DNA of 64,000 nt from a virus: the IMG/VR virus record IMGVR_UViG_3300025446_000004, positions 1 through 64,000 of that record. The stretch is one strand, 5' to 3'. The position numbers were made by a program, and so were the translations under genes. Of this stretch, positions 1 through 10,019 are shown piece after piece. Position 1 is the stretch's first letter. Each line of letters starts with the position of its first letter. Below the pieces are notes generated by a model. The model did no database searches. It was given only the letters and a program-made list of their open reading frames with translations, and was not told the DNA's origin.

Positions 1-560
1 CGTACAGTGTTCTTAGTCTCAGTTGCCTTAGTAACGGTAAAAGTTCCGCTTCCTGTGATTGGAGAGCCGCCTACTGAAAACTCTCCCGGCATTGACAAAG
101 CCGCGCTTGTTACTCCACCGCCCGACAAAATCTGATACTGTACACCATCACTAACAAGGGCTATAATCTGTCCAGAATGTATTTCTCCCCCAGTTAAAGG
201 AGTGGCACCACTTTTGGTAACTGCAACTGCCGGTGTACTGTTAACCGATATGGTAGTTGCACCGGTATTCGCGGCAGCAGCTTTAACAACAATTATACTA
301 CCAGCAACAATCGTCGGGGCTGGAGATTGGGACACAACCATAGCGTTAGCCACGCCAGTATCAGCAGCGTATACATACTTTTCCTGCTGAATGGCTGAAA
401 TCGTAGCCGCATCCGTTGAAGGTGTTACGTTATCCCAACTAGCACCATTATCACGAAAAATCTGAAATGTGTCATTGGTATAATATATTCTTCCCGGAAT
501 ACTGGCCGATGGTATGGCCGATTCTGCGCCGTACTCAATTACACTAGCAAGTGTGCTCAT
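1..560 (-). CDS. Tail fibre-like protein, truncated by window edge
   Basis: Not in ORF track. ATG at 560 overlaps the stop of 560..859; reads MSTLASVIEYGAESAIPSASIPGRIYY...YAADTGVANA...AANTGATTISVN and stays open to position 1. The YAxDTG..ANTGxxTxxVN pattern is typical of phage tail fibre shoulders. Confidence 0.7.
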   Translation of the reverse strand, partial: MSTLASVIEYGAESAIPSASIPGRIYYTNDTFQIFRDNGASWDNVTPSTDAATISAIQQEKYVYAADTGVANAMVVSQSPAPTIVAGSIIVVKAAAANTGATTISVNSTPAVAVTKSGATPLTGGEIHSGQIIALVSDGVQYQILSGGGVTSAALSMPGEFSVGGSPITGSGTFTVTKATETKNTV

Positions 561-859
561 TAGTCTGGAACCCCTATCACTACTATGATGTCGCCGCCCG
601 TGGTTAGTGTGGCTGCGAATATAAAGTTAGCATTTCCGTCCGTCAAAGGCTCTGCGTGCGTATGCGTTGCAATCTCTGACAGAACCCATGCGTTAGTAGC
701 AGCATTATACTCCAACACCGCTCCATCAAAAGGAGTGCTTTTTGTAATGGGTATACTTATGATGCCAACTACTTCAACGTTTTTATTACCAGCCTGTGAC
801 TGTACATCACCCGTAAGCGGATAAATACTTGCTGCTCCTGTTGCGATTTCCCTGTTCAT
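560..859 (-). CDS. Hypothetical virion protein
   Basis: 99 aa ORF co-oriented and tightly packed in the tail operon. Confidence 0.6.
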   Translation of the reverse strand: MNREIATGAASIYPLTGDVQSQAGNKNVEVVGIISIPITKSTPFDGAVLEYNAATNAWVLSEIATHTHAEPLTDGNANFIFAATLTTGGDIIVVIGVPD

Positions 860-862
860 TGT

Positions 863-1573
863 TTAACTCTCAATAGGAACAAACTGAAATGTCACCGTGA
901 GTGCCACAGATGATGTCGCGCTTACATTAGTAATCGTAACATAAATAGCAGATGTTTGTGGATTGTCTGCATTGGCCCCAATGCGATTCTGATATGACCA
1001 TTGGTAGGGTACGGTATCAATGGACACATCTGAAATCAAGTTCTGCATCGTACCGGCAGGAGGGGGAACATCTAACGCTCTGGAAAAATCCTGTGCTTGC
1101 GCGGCTGCTGTGCCGTAAAGTTCTACCCTACACGGTGCGCTAGCTGTTACCAACAAAAGCTGAAAACTATCAGACATAGTAACAGAACTTATGAAAGTAC
1201 CTCCCGGAGGTAGCGTAGGAGTCTTTACAACGACCTGAGAAGATTTCAATAAATTGTTAGTTGAACTGCCGCCACCACTTATGGGTGACAGGCCTTCAAT
1301 AATCGTCGTCCCCGCTACAGATGCACCCCCACCCACCGGTTGTGGAGGATTAAATAGCCTAGTTTGCGGAATCTTACCACCAACATACATTTCCCTAAGT
1401 GCATCTGGGGACGGCTGCCAAATGGCCGGAAGAAGGCACCTAGTATACGCTCCTCTAACGGGCTGCAAACTTTCGTTTACACCTGTGGTAGGTGGGAATC
1501 GCGCAGCCGAAGCAGGAGAGTAACCAGACAGGTCAAGGTTCCGAATTAGCGAATCTACAAGATTTTCGGGCAT
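863..1573 (-). CDS. Putative tail-associated protein
   Basis: 236 aa, S/T/V/P-rich beta-type C-terminus, in the tail operon. Confidence 0.6.
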   Translation of the reverse strand: MPENLVDSLIRNLDLSGYSPASAARFPPTTGVNESLQPVRGAYTRCLLPAIWQPSPDALREMYVGGKIPQTRLFNPPQPVGGGASVAGTTIIEGLSPISGGGSSTNNLLKSSQVVVKTPTLPPGGTFISSVTMSDSFQLLLVTASAPCRVELYGTAAAQAQDFSRALDVPPPAGTMQNLISDVSIDTVPYQWSYQNRIGANADNPQTSAIYVTITNVSATSSVALTVTFQFVPIES

Positions 1574-2025
1574 CTGTGTTCCTCTAGGTATGACATTGCG
1601 GCCAACAAAACACTCGGACTATCGTGAAATGACCCTAGGCCAGCGTTACAACTGGTACATAAAAGGGCACGAATTTTTCCGGTAAAATGATCATGATCCA
1701 CGTGTGGCTCTTTCAACTCTTCGCCACAAATGGCGCAATACCCCCCCTGTTCGGCTAGCATTGTTTGCATATCCTCAAGGGAAATACCGTAAGCCCCCAT
1801 TAGCCAGTTATTCTTGTGATAATCCGGGTTACGTTCACGCCACTTCGCCCTATGACCGCGCATGTAAAGACGCCTAGTCTCTGTATTACGTTGTCTTGCC
1901 TCGTTCGCTCTTTTGCAGGTACGGCAAAAGCTAGAGCCAGATTTTTTGTGAAAGTAAGTGTTTTCAGGTGTAAATTCGTGCCCGCATTTGTAGGACAATT
2001 TTAATTGCGGTGAATTATTGTCCAT
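1555..2025 (-). CDS. Free-standing endonuclease VII-family homing endonuclease
   Basis: CAIC...HVDHDH.TGKIRALLCTSCNAGLG motif; N-terminal CGHEF...CRTC zinc module. Confidence 0.85.
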   Translation of the reverse strand: MDNNSPQLKLSYKCGHEFTPENTYFHKKSGSSFCRTCKRANEARQRNTETRRLYMRGHRAKWRERNPDYHKNNWLMGAYGISLEDMQTMLAEQGGYCAICGEELKEPHVDHDHFTGKIRALLCTSCNAGLGSFHDSPSVLLAAMSYLEEHRCPKIL

Positions 2026-2049
2026 AAGTTCCTTATTTTCAACAACTTA

Positions 2050-5000
2050 TCAATGCTCTTGAAGATAACTACCAAAGATTGTCAAAGAAATCAACTCATT
2101 GGGTGCGTTTTCTTGCGCCCACTCTACCTTCATTTGACAATGCCGACAGGCTGCTTCGTCGTCTTGCCCGGTTAGGTCCGACATATAAAACCGTTGCGAG
2201 AAAAACGATTTACTCGTCTTTAATCCCGGAGGATCAGATTCCCAACTCTTGAGAATGTTGAACGCCCCGGTGTAATAGGGCACTGCCTCGTCCATGATGA
2301 TTCCAAGTACGAGAGGGGTGCCAACTTTTACCGAGTCTGTGGCAATGAACGAAACAACCGCAATCTGTCCGGGTTGTGCCAACACCGCAGACCCTATAAT
2401 TGCAAAGGCCGGGTACGTGCTGACGTTATCAAGGCTACTATCTAAATCTCTGGCAAGAAGCGGTCCAGTTCCGTAAGGTCCGACTATTAAGGTATGTACC
2501 CCCGGAGATGTCTCCACTGCCTTTACCGCCTTACACCCACCTACAATAGATGCAAACGGGGACCAAGTAAACCCTTGCTCTGGGGCAGGAGTTGTAATAA
2601 GTTTGTACCAACCAAACTTACCGTCAGAAACAAACCATCCCTGATCTTCTCCGTTGGTGTACCATGTAACATAAACATTAGCTGGATTCCAACTCCGTCC
2701 GGGTACTCCATTGTTGAGCCTAAATTGGTCTCCAATGTTGAATCCGGGATACTCGATCATGCCGTTGGGATTTAATATGCAGAACTGGTTATCACTTGTA
2801 AAGAACCCTATCGATGCACCATTAACCTCAAGAGCGTTGTAACTCAGTAACCCAACACCCTGCGCAAGAAGTTGAGGGTTACGAATAGGATCGTTAGTTG
2901 TACCAGACCCCTGAATAACCCAAATGTCAGACACAGTGAATATAATTGCACCAATAGCAGTCGGAACAATCCTCTTAACGAGAGAAGGAAATGGCACATA
3001 ATTGATAAGTGGCTGTGTTCCGTTCAATCCGTTTCCAGCCGGTGTAGCTGGCCCGGATGTGTAATATACCACGTTACCGACCGAGTACCACAACCTGCTT
3101 ATGTGATACGAAATATTTTGTGCCCCTATATCCGGTGGCGTATTTTCCCCTGAGAATGGGGCCTGAATCAAGTTATTCAAACCCGTGTCGGGAGTCTTGT
3201 CAACATATCCATCCGTTAGATACACAGACAACGGAAGAGTGCCCACCGCAACCGGAACTTGTCCCGGAATAAGCAACGGTATATTCTGCCCGTCTACTGT
3301 TCTAAAAATGGCTACATAATCAGCCTGTGGGTCAATCTGTGAAAGCGCAGGTAACCCGGCAGCGGGGGGAATAGTTACCCCATCGGCACCAATAAAGTTC
3401 CCAGTAGCAGCCGATAAATCAGTAGAATTTGAAACAGTGTTATCAAGCGTGTTTACAAGGGATATAACATACTTCCACCCGCCCAAGAAAGTACTTACAG
3501 TACCTATCGGCGCTGACCCCGCTGTTCCTTGGTTAATCCACGTCAAATTTGGATTGTCCAAGGTAAGGACATTTATTCCAGTAGAAAAAACAGGAGCCTT
3601 AGAGCCGCTAACGCCGGTACGATATGGTGCCTCAATGTTTCCATTCGGGTCTATAATGGTAGTAGATGGCAACGTAAATCTTGTACTAGCTGCCCAAGAA
3701 AAGTCTGTAACTGGTCCTAAATTCTCCCATGTCAACTGGCCACCGTTCTCTGTCACGGTTGGATAATTAGGAGCGAACTGCGTAGTCCAAGAAGGCCAAA
3801 CTGGTTGCACAGAGCCACTAGTTCCTGTAAGGCTTCCAGACGTAATGTTAGCCAAAGGATAGCCATTTACCAATATGTTGAACTGTTGACCAGAATGGTA
3901 CCAATAGGCATAATCAAATTCAAACGGATAAGTACCAGCAGTTTGGAACGTCACCGTAAATGTGTCAGTCCATACCGGCGATCCAGACCATGTATTAGTT
4001 CCGGCATTATAGGTGCCACCGCCCATTAGCCCTCTATTGGTTCCTCCAAAAACAGGGTAGCCCTCTGCTGCTGTTTCTGTCTGCGGAGGGGATACCGCTG
4101 TACTGTTCGTACCACTTACAAGCACCGGGGTTGACCCGCCGTTGCTGCCCATTCCCCAAATCATGCCATCATGATGATTTACAGTAAAAGTATACGTACC
4201 GGCAACAGGAACATACATGGCACCCAAAATAATAAGTGCATAAGTGTTGGTAAATGCCGGAAACGGGGCAGTCTGCCCGATGATCGTACCGGCGCCATTA
4301 ACAGTGTTCCACTTCAACGTAGCACCCACACCCAATGGTGACCCTGCAAATGAAAGGCTGTTCAAAGTTGTGTCACTCGCAAGGGCGCTTCCAATGCTTG
4401 TAGGAAATGTCTGTGTGAATACACCCACATTGCCTGACCCGTTTCCGGGAAATACATATGCGCTAACATTCCCAGTAACTGACGGTTGAACTGCTGGAAC
4501 CACTGTAAATAAACAATTGGTACCAAAAGCATTCCCTATGACAAACGAACCTTGACCCACAGCAGAAGCAGCATTGGTTTCGGCAATGGCACTAGAATTT
4601 GAAAGAGTTAACGTACTAGCAGACGATGCACTGCAAGTAAATACTCCGTTATTTCCTGTATTAGAGAAATCTGTGACTATAAAAGTCTTTCCAGCGTAAG
4701 CACTAGCTGCCCCGTTAGTAATTGCCCCCGTATATACAGCGGTGCTCCCTATAGATGCTGCTACTGATGTCAACGAAAACTGTAGCGTAGGGGTGTACGC
4801 AGTGTTAGGCTGCCAAACAAGAGAGGAAGCAGTCTGAATCATCTTCCACGTAACTGTTCCGTCTATTGTTGTAAGACCCACAGATGTAGCCCACGTGGGG
4901 GCAGTGCTATCACTTACGCCTATCCCTATGACTTGTTGCAAATTCCCATTGGTATCCACAACAACGCCCGGCAAGGAATAATAGGTGTTCGGTTGCCAAG

Positions 5001-6021
5001 CAATGTTCGACGCACCAACTATAGGCTGTAATACTCCCGTTGGCGGCTGTATGCCCCAATTTTCAACCGGTGATCCACGGTTAACCCATTGGATCATGCC
5101 GTCGATGGTAATTCCACCCTGAAAATTGTTGGACGCAGACGGCACTACCGTGCTCCAAACCGGAACAGTACCGCCAGAAATAGGATTAGCGCCGCCAGTA
5201 GTCTCCGTAGCAACGATCCCCGATTCTGAACCAGAGTAATCGTCGTTAACGAAGTTGGCGGTAAAAGTGCTTGACGTAACGCCCGTTATGGTGACTACTT
5301 GATTGTCTAAGAAAGTAGCCGCCATTCCGTTAGGAAACGTCATCTCCATGCCAGTCTCAAGAACACTCGTAAGAGGCGACTCGGAGGATGTAATTGTCAG
5401 CACATTCGACACCACAGAAACACCAGTTACAGGCACAACCGTGGCCATAAGCTGCTGGATATTTCCGTTTGGGTCAATCAAAAACGTAGTGAAGTACGGA
5501 GTCAAAGCCGTGTTCCACTGTGTATTAGCTGCCCACTTTGTCAAGGAGTCGAGATACTTTTTATTGTCAACACCATTGGCAAAAAACAGCGTATTGCCAA
5601 CCGATTGCATGAAACTCTGACCGGCACCCGTACTCTTCGTCCACAGTGTACTTTTTGTACCTTGATACAAGGTGTACAACGCATCAGCTTGGTCAACCAT
5701 CAACAAAATCTGTTCCTGAGTTGCGCTGAATGTGCGGAAACTGTAGTACGATAGCGGGGAATCATAGGAATTTGCATCGAACACGGGGTTACCGGGACGC
5801 CGCGCAAGCGTAAGCCTGTTCGTAATCTCGGTGTTGCCACCGGCAATAAGGGCATCGCCAGCTTTTCCATAAAACTTTTCCACAATACGGCTAGTCGTGG
5901 CGTCCCTTAGTGGGCTGCGATTAGTCCAAATGCCGGATGACCAACGACCAGTATAAATGGGCGCAAATCTAGTGGGAGAATTTCTATCCTGTGCCCCATT
6001 GAGTCCTAGTTCATTAGCCAT
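2050..6021 (-). CDS. Large tail protein (putative nozzle/stabilisation protein) with inserted carbohydrate-binding-like and PA14-like modules
   Basis: 1323 aa; repeated WQPNTxY and GxSxxxxPxW...TxDGxVTW modules; YVPVAGTYTFTV..DG...AGTYPFEFDY PA14-like segment; position in the morphogenesis operon. Confidence 0.6.
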   Translation of the reverse strand: MANELGLNGAQDRNSPTRFAPIYTGRWSSGIWTNRSPLRDATTSRIVEKFYGKAGDALIAGGNTEITNRLTLARRPGNPVFDANSYDSPLSYYSFRTFSATQEQILLMVDQADALYTLYQGTKSTLWTKSTGAGQSFMQSVGNTLFFANGVDNKKYLDSLTKWAANTQWNTALTPYFTTFLIDPNGNIQQLMATVVPVTGVSVVSNVLTITSSESPLTSVLETGMEMTFPNGMAATFLDNQVVTITGVTSSTFTANFVNDDYSGSESGIVATETTGGANPISGGTVPVWSTVVPSASNNFQGGITIDGMIQWVNRGSPVENWGIQPPTGVLQPIVGASNIAWQPNTYYSLPGVVVDTNGNLQQVIGIGVSDSTAPTWATSVGLTTIDGTVTWKMIQTASSLVWQPNTAYTPTLQFSLTSVAASIGSTAVYTGAITNGAASAYAGKTFIVTDFSNTGNNGVFTCSASSASTLTLSNSSAIAETNAASAVGQGSFVIGNAFGTNCLFTVVPAVQPSVTGNVSAYVFPGNGSGNVGVFTQTFPTSIGSALASDTTLNSLSFAGSPLGVGATLKWNTVNGAGTIIGQTAPFPAFTNTYALIILGAMYVPVAGTYTFTVNHHDGMIWGMGSNGGSTPVLVSGTNSTAVSPPQTETAAEGYPVFGGTNRGLMGGGTYNAGTNTWSGSPVWTDTFTVTFQTAGTYPFEFDYAYWYHSGQQFNILVNGYPLANITSGSLTGTSGSVQPVWPSWTTQFAPNYPTVTENGGQLTWENLGPVTDFSWAASTRFTLPSTTIIDPNGNIEAPYRTGVSGSKAPVFSTGINVLTLDNPNLTWINQGTAGSAPIGTVSTFLGGWKYVISLVNTLDNTVSNSTDLSAATGNFIGADGVTIPPAAGLPALSQIDPQADYVAIFRTVDGQNIPLLIPGQVPVAVGTLPLSVYLTDGYVDKTPDTGLNNLIQAPFSGENTPPDIGAQNISYHISRLWYSVGNVVYYTSGPATPAGNGLNGTQPLINYVPFPSLVKRIVPTAIGAIIFTVSDIWVIQGSGTTNDPIRNPQLLAQGVGLLSYNALEVNGASIGFFTSDNQFCILNPNGMIEYPGFNIGDQFRLNNGVPGRSWNPANVYVTWYTNGEDQGWFVSDGKFGWYKLITTPAPEQGFTWSPFASIVGGCKAVKAVETSPGVHTLIVGPYGTGPLLARDLDSSLDNVSTYPAFAIIGSAVLAQPGQIAVVSFIATDSVKVGTPLVLGIIMDEAVPYYTGAFNILKSWESDPPGLKTSKSFFSQRFYMSDLTGQDDEAACRHCQMKVEWAQENAPNELISLTIFGSYLQEH

Positions 6022-6506
6022 TACAGTGCGCCCTCAAGTATCAAAGTTTTAGCCCATTCTCCAAGAATAACTAACTCCTCCAATGAGGCGCTGTTTTTCA
6101 GCTTGTTAGCCTTGGTAGATATAACCTGTATGTTGTCCTTTGTGTACCCCCTAGTTGAGTCAATTCTGTCAATGCTAGGTGAATTATCACTGGATTGTCC
6201 ACCAACACGGTACAACCGTATTCCAAGAATAGGGCAGAATTCCGGGATAACAATATCTTTTTCGGTTATAGAAAACTCAATTCCACGCGCCTTGGCCCTT
6301 TGTTTTACAGCCCCAATCCATAATTTATCTGGATGTGACTTGCGATAAGTAGCCTGTCGAATATTGTGTTTTTTAGGGTCGCGCATTTGCCATTCCTTAA
6401 CCCTTCTTTTGCTTTCTTCCTTGTTGTCCTTATACCACTTACGTTTGGATAGTCTGTCAACTTCTTTGTGCCGCTCTTTCTTTCTTTCCTTTGATAAAAT
6501 TGACAT
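6021..6506 (-). CDS. HNH-like (His-Me finger) homing endonuclease
   Basis: CPILG...SPSIDRIDSTRGYTKDNIQVISTKANKLK motif with basic N-terminus. Confidence 0.8.
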   Translation of the reverse strand: MSILSKERKKERHKEVDRLSKRKWYKDNKEESKRRVKEWQMRDPKKHNIRQATYRKSHPDKLWIGAVKQRAKARGIEFSITEKDIVIPEFCPILGIRLYRVGGQSSDNSPSIDRIDSTRGYTKDNIQVISTKANKLKNSASLEELVILGEWAKTLILEGAL

Positions 6507-6530
6507 TTTTCCTCCAACAAGCGATGATAC

Positions 6531-7061
6531 CTATGAACCCAATGGCTTTGTGTTGCCAATGTTGATGCCCACGGATGTTTGTCCCGGAACCGTCAACAAA
6601 ATTCTGAGTCCAATAGACTCCACCACGAAAGAGCCAACATAATTGGACAATTGCAGTGTAGCTTGAAAACTGAATGCAACGGAAAATGCTTCTAAATCGG
6701 CCTGTGTATTTCCAATGCTCGGCCCTATCCACGTACCAGACGAGGGTAAGGTTGGGAAACTTCCGGGAGCAAAGAAAGCAAGCGCATCTTTGTCATCATT
6801 GCTCAACGCTCCACTATAAACTATAACAGGAACTATGGAGTCAACTGTGACACCGGCAAATAGGGTTGGCCACTGAAAACCACTCCAACCAAGAACGGTG
6901 TGAACGCCTTCAAAAAGATTAAACGGGGGAAACACACCAGATACATCCATTGATCCGCTGGTGTTTGTCGCGCTTGCAGATGCCCCGTTTGTTGGCCCAA
7001 CAGAGATAACCGCAGCATTGTTCACTGTTGCCGTAGATGTTATGGAAAGATTGCTTGACAT
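6531..7061 (-). CDS. Hypothetical virion protein
   Basis: 176 aa, translationally coupled to the upstream gene. Confidence 0.6.
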   Translation of the reverse strand: MSSNLSITSTATVNNAAVISVGPTNGASASATNTSGSMDVSGVFPPFNLFEGVHTVLGWSGFQWPTLFAGVTVDSIVPVIVYSGALSNDDKDALAFFAPGSFPTLPSSGTWIGPSIGNTQADLEAFSVAFSFQATLQLSNYVGSFVVESIGLRILLTVPGQTSVGINIGNTKPLGS

Positions 7062-7762
7062 TACACGACCACTCCGCTAAGTGTGACGCCAACATTAGCC
7101 AACGTCGCGTCTGGCACCGCTTGTCCAATTATCGTCAACACATCTCCGACATTGAACGCCGCGCCAACTGCCGACGCGAACACCGATGTGCCGTCAGTCG
7201 CAAAAGTCAACGTCGCCACTTGTGTTCCATTTTTCTTGATGGAAAAAACCGTGCTTGATGTGGGGTGTACGCCGCACGCTGCAACACTAGGAGCAAATGC
7301 CGGTGCAAAGCGTACTGCCCTTTCAATTGGAAGGAGCAGCACGGTTTGATTAGCTACATACTGACCCGGAAAAAACAGCCCAATGTCATAGGTCGTTACG
7401 TTTCCCTCAAGGAGATTGACCGATGATGGCACCCACACAGTAATATTATATGGGCTAGGAGAGCTAAGAACCTGCTGCGAATTCGGACCCCAAACTAGTT
7501 GACCTTTAGAAGTATATGCCGACACTGTGTAAAATGTGTTCACTGGTACAATAACATCATTGGGCCAAAGATACTGTGCAGGAGACGTAGAAACGTTACC
7601 ACTTGCGTCAAGATTTACCATAATCTCGCGTCCAGCCGCAACCTGTGATGTACCATTTACAAGCCCATCTTGGCTCAAGACAAACAGCAAGTACCCATTA
7701 ACCAAAAGATTACCGGCAGCATCTTGAAAGGCTCCACCCGTGATTTGCACTTTTGTTGACAT
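7061..7762 (-). CDS. Putative tail fibre/head-binding adaptor protein
   Basis: N-terminal FQDAAGNLLVNGYL...VNLDASG resembles tailspike particle-attachment domains; related to 7773..8050. Confidence 0.55.
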   Translation of the reverse strand: MSTKVQITGGAFQDAAGNLLVNGYLLFVLSQDGLVNGTSQVAAGREIMVNLDASGNVSTSPAQYLWPNDVIVPVNTFYTVSAYTSKGQLVWGPNSQQVLSSPSPYNITVWVPSSVNLLEGNVTTYDIGLFFPGQYVANQTVLLLPIERAVRFAPAFAPSVAACGVHPTSSTVFSIKKNGTQVATLTFATDGTSVFASAVGAAFNVGDVLTIIGQAVPDATLANVGVTLSGVVV

Positions 7763-7772
7763 TCTTCACACC

Positions 7773-8054
7773 TTAAACAACGATGAACTCAGGACCAGAT
7801 ACCATCTCACCGGTAGACGTATACGCTGTAAGCGAGTACAGCACATCATCAGGTAACAACGAGACACATGGATAAACCTGCGGGACAACTATCATTGTTC
7901 CTGTACCGTCAAGAGCAACCTTAAGAGGTAGGTTACCACAAATCTGACCATCAGGAGACAAGGCATCATCGGTAAGACTTATATAAACATATCCGTAAGC
8001 AAGGGGCGCTCCCGATGGGGCATAAAACACCGTAATTGGAAAGTCCACTCGCAG
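7773..8054 (-). CDS. Small paralogue of the 7061..7762 N-terminal domain
   Basis: FYAPSGAPLAYGY..LTDD...ALDGTG...YSLTAYTSTG aligns by eye with FQDAAGNLLVNGY..LSQD...NLDASG...YTVSAYTSKG; start approximate. Confidence 0.55.
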   Translation of the reverse strand: MRVDFPITVFYAPSGAPLAYGYVYISLTDDALSPDGQICGNLPLKVALDGTGTMIVVPQVYPCVSLLPDDVLYSLTAYTSTGEMVSGPEFIVV

Positions 8055-8056
8055 CA

Positions 8057-8992
8057 TTACATACCCCGTGCCTGACCACCCTGTTGCATTCTGGCGGCAT
8101 TCTCTACCGGCTGCCCGGTAATAGCTTGCCAACCTTGCAGGAAGATATTCTTCTTCGTTTCGTCAAGTCCCTCAGCCGTAGCGAGCAACTGTGCAACGAA
8201 CTTCTGATTGGCCTGTGTAAAACGCGGATCATCGGCAAACGCCCACATAAGAGAAAGAAAGCCCCACGTGTATATTCTCTGATATTCATCTGGAATAGGC
8301 GTCCACGTTTGGTTGACGGACGTAAAGATTAGCGGCTTTTGCTGCAATGTAATAGTAACAGGGTACGCCTTATCGGGTACCGGCATCACACGGAATGTTA
8401 TGTTTCCGTTACCATCATCAGCTTGCGCTGAAACAAATCTAGGACGGCCCTGTGCAGAATCCCGCGCCAAATCCATCATGTTGGTAATCTGTACCCACTT
8501 GTTAGGCGTAGATGTAATATCCAACACTGAGGCGTGCTCAACAAATCCCATAGTGTATGTGGAAGAAACACTTATAGGCTGAGCAACAGAAGTAGCTCCC
8601 AATATGGGTCCAAGATTTGTCCACGTAACGCCGTTGTCCGTAGTAGTTCCACCAGTAGTAACGTTCCAACTTGGCAAACCACTTCCACTCGTACCAGCCG
8701 TAGTAACCTGCTGACAGTTACCATTACTGTCTACACAAAGAATTCCCTTGGCATATGCAGTAGATGCTTGCCAATTAACTATCTTGTAATCCTGCTGACC
8801 GGGAGTGCATATAAAACCTGTTACAACCCGATTCCAATACCATTCAAACGGAGGCCCAAGAACAGTCTGCATGATTAGGTTGGCACCCGTAAGCGCCGGT
8901 TCAAGAAAGTTCCCGATTGCCGATCTACGACCAAAATTAAGCCTTTTAGCCCATTCCATCGTGTTTAGCAATGTGAAACTTGAATTAGCCAT
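8057..8992 (-). CDS. Putative tail tubular/head-tail adaptor protein
   Basis: GRPRFV...RVMPVPDKAYPVTI...TPIPDEY pattern of adaptor proteins; one inserted WQASTAY...DNGVTW module. Confidence 0.6.
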   Translation of the reverse strand: MANSSFTLLNTMEWAKRLNFGRRSAIGNFLEPALTGANLIMQTVLGPPFEWYWNRVVTGFICTPGQQDYKIVNWQASTAYAKGILCVDSNGNCQQVTTAGTSGSGLPSWNVTTGGTTTDNGVTWTNLGPILGATSVAQPISVSSTYTMGFVEHASVLDITSTPNKWVQITNMMDLARDSAQGRPRFVSAQADDGNGNITFRVMPVPDKAYPVTITLQQKPLIFTSVNQTWTPIPDEYQRIYTWGFLSLMWAFADDPRFTQANQKFVAQLLATAEGLDETKKNIFLQGWQAITGQPVENAARMQQGGQARGM

Positions 8993-9285
8993 TACACACC
9001 TTCCTGAATAATTTCCCTAGCAGCCATGGGCCACTTTTCCTTACACACGCGCTGCACCGCATTCAACCATGCCTCTCGCTCCCCTATAAGGGATAAAGTT
9101 GCATAAAGTGTACGCTGATCACCAGAAACTATCTGCCATTCTTTGCGCTTGCCTTGCAGTACAATATTGTGCTCAATCTCTAAAATCTTTGCGTCCGGAT
9201 GTACAGCCCTGACGACTTGAATCAACACATCAGTTGGAAAGGATTTCAAAAAACTGTACACTTCTTCCCCTACGCTCTTTTTCAT
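8992..9285 (-). CDS. Hypothetical protein
   Basis: 97 aa with RBS, coupled to the downstream gene. Confidence 0.6.
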   Translation of the reverse strand: MKKSVGEEVYSFLKSFPTDVLIQVVRAVHPDAKILEIEHNIVLQGKRKEWQIVSGDQRTLYATLSLIGEREAWLNAVQRVCKEKWPMAAREIIQEGV

Positions 9286-9294
9286 TACCTGTCC

Positions 9295-9987
9295 TTATTT
9301 AACCGTTGAATACGCAACAGCTTCTTTAATTTGGTCGGGCGTAAGAGTGAACACAAGGGCATAAGACATAACAAACCTCTGCGGGTCATCTAGAGAATTT
9401 CCGTGTATATCATTACCATCAATTAAGCCAATCACGGTTCCATTCGCATCAAACATAGCTGCCCCACTGTCTCCTTCACCAGTATGTATTTCGAGAAGAA
9501 CCTCTGGTATAATACCCTCAGTAAAACCACTAAATGAGGATGATCCAGCTACATAACCCCTTCTGAATACATTGGAGAAACCATGAGGATTACCAATAAT
9601 GAACACATCCTGACCAAAATCAAACTTATGCTCAAGGTCTACCAAAGCATACGATAGAAATTTGTACCCAGAAATCAACAGTATAGTGTGATCGGAACCA
9701 TCACGAATTTGTTTATCAATAATCACTGTTATATCAGGATTATTACCTTTTCCCTGCAAAGTAAGCTGGTTACTAGGAAGCTCACAGTGCGTAGCAGTCA
9801 AAAGCGCCTGTGGTCCAATAGCCGTAGCAGAGCACAAACTTTTATCCGCCGCAGTCATTTGGGCAGTGTGATAGGTGTTATCATATGCCTTAGCAATAAC
9901 CTCTGGACTTTGCGCAGATGCAAAACCAAGGGTTCCTACTATAAAAATAGCAACCCCAAAAAGAAACTTCGTGATTAACTTCTTCAT
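9295..9987 (-). CDS. Trypsin-like (S1) serine protease with signal peptide
   Basis: LLTATHC, D in DHTILL, GDSGA catalytic motifs; MKKLITK + hydrophobic stretch + ASA cleavage-like site; GAGGAG RBS supports the 9987 start. Confidence 0.85.
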   Translation of the reverse strand: MKKLITKFLFGVAIFIVGTLGFASAQSPEVIAKAYDNTYHTAQMTAADKSLCSATAIGPQALLTATHCELPSNQLTLQGKGNNPDITVIIDKQIRDGSDHTILLISGYKFLSYALVDLEHKFDFGQDVFIIGNPHGFSNVFRRGYVAGSSSFSGFTEGIIPEVLLEIHTGEGDSGAAMFDANGTVIGLIDGNDIHGNSLDDPQRFVMSYALVFTLTPDQIKEAVAYSTVK

Positions 9988-10019
9988 AACCATTCTCCTC
10001 CATTTTACATCTAAGTCCT

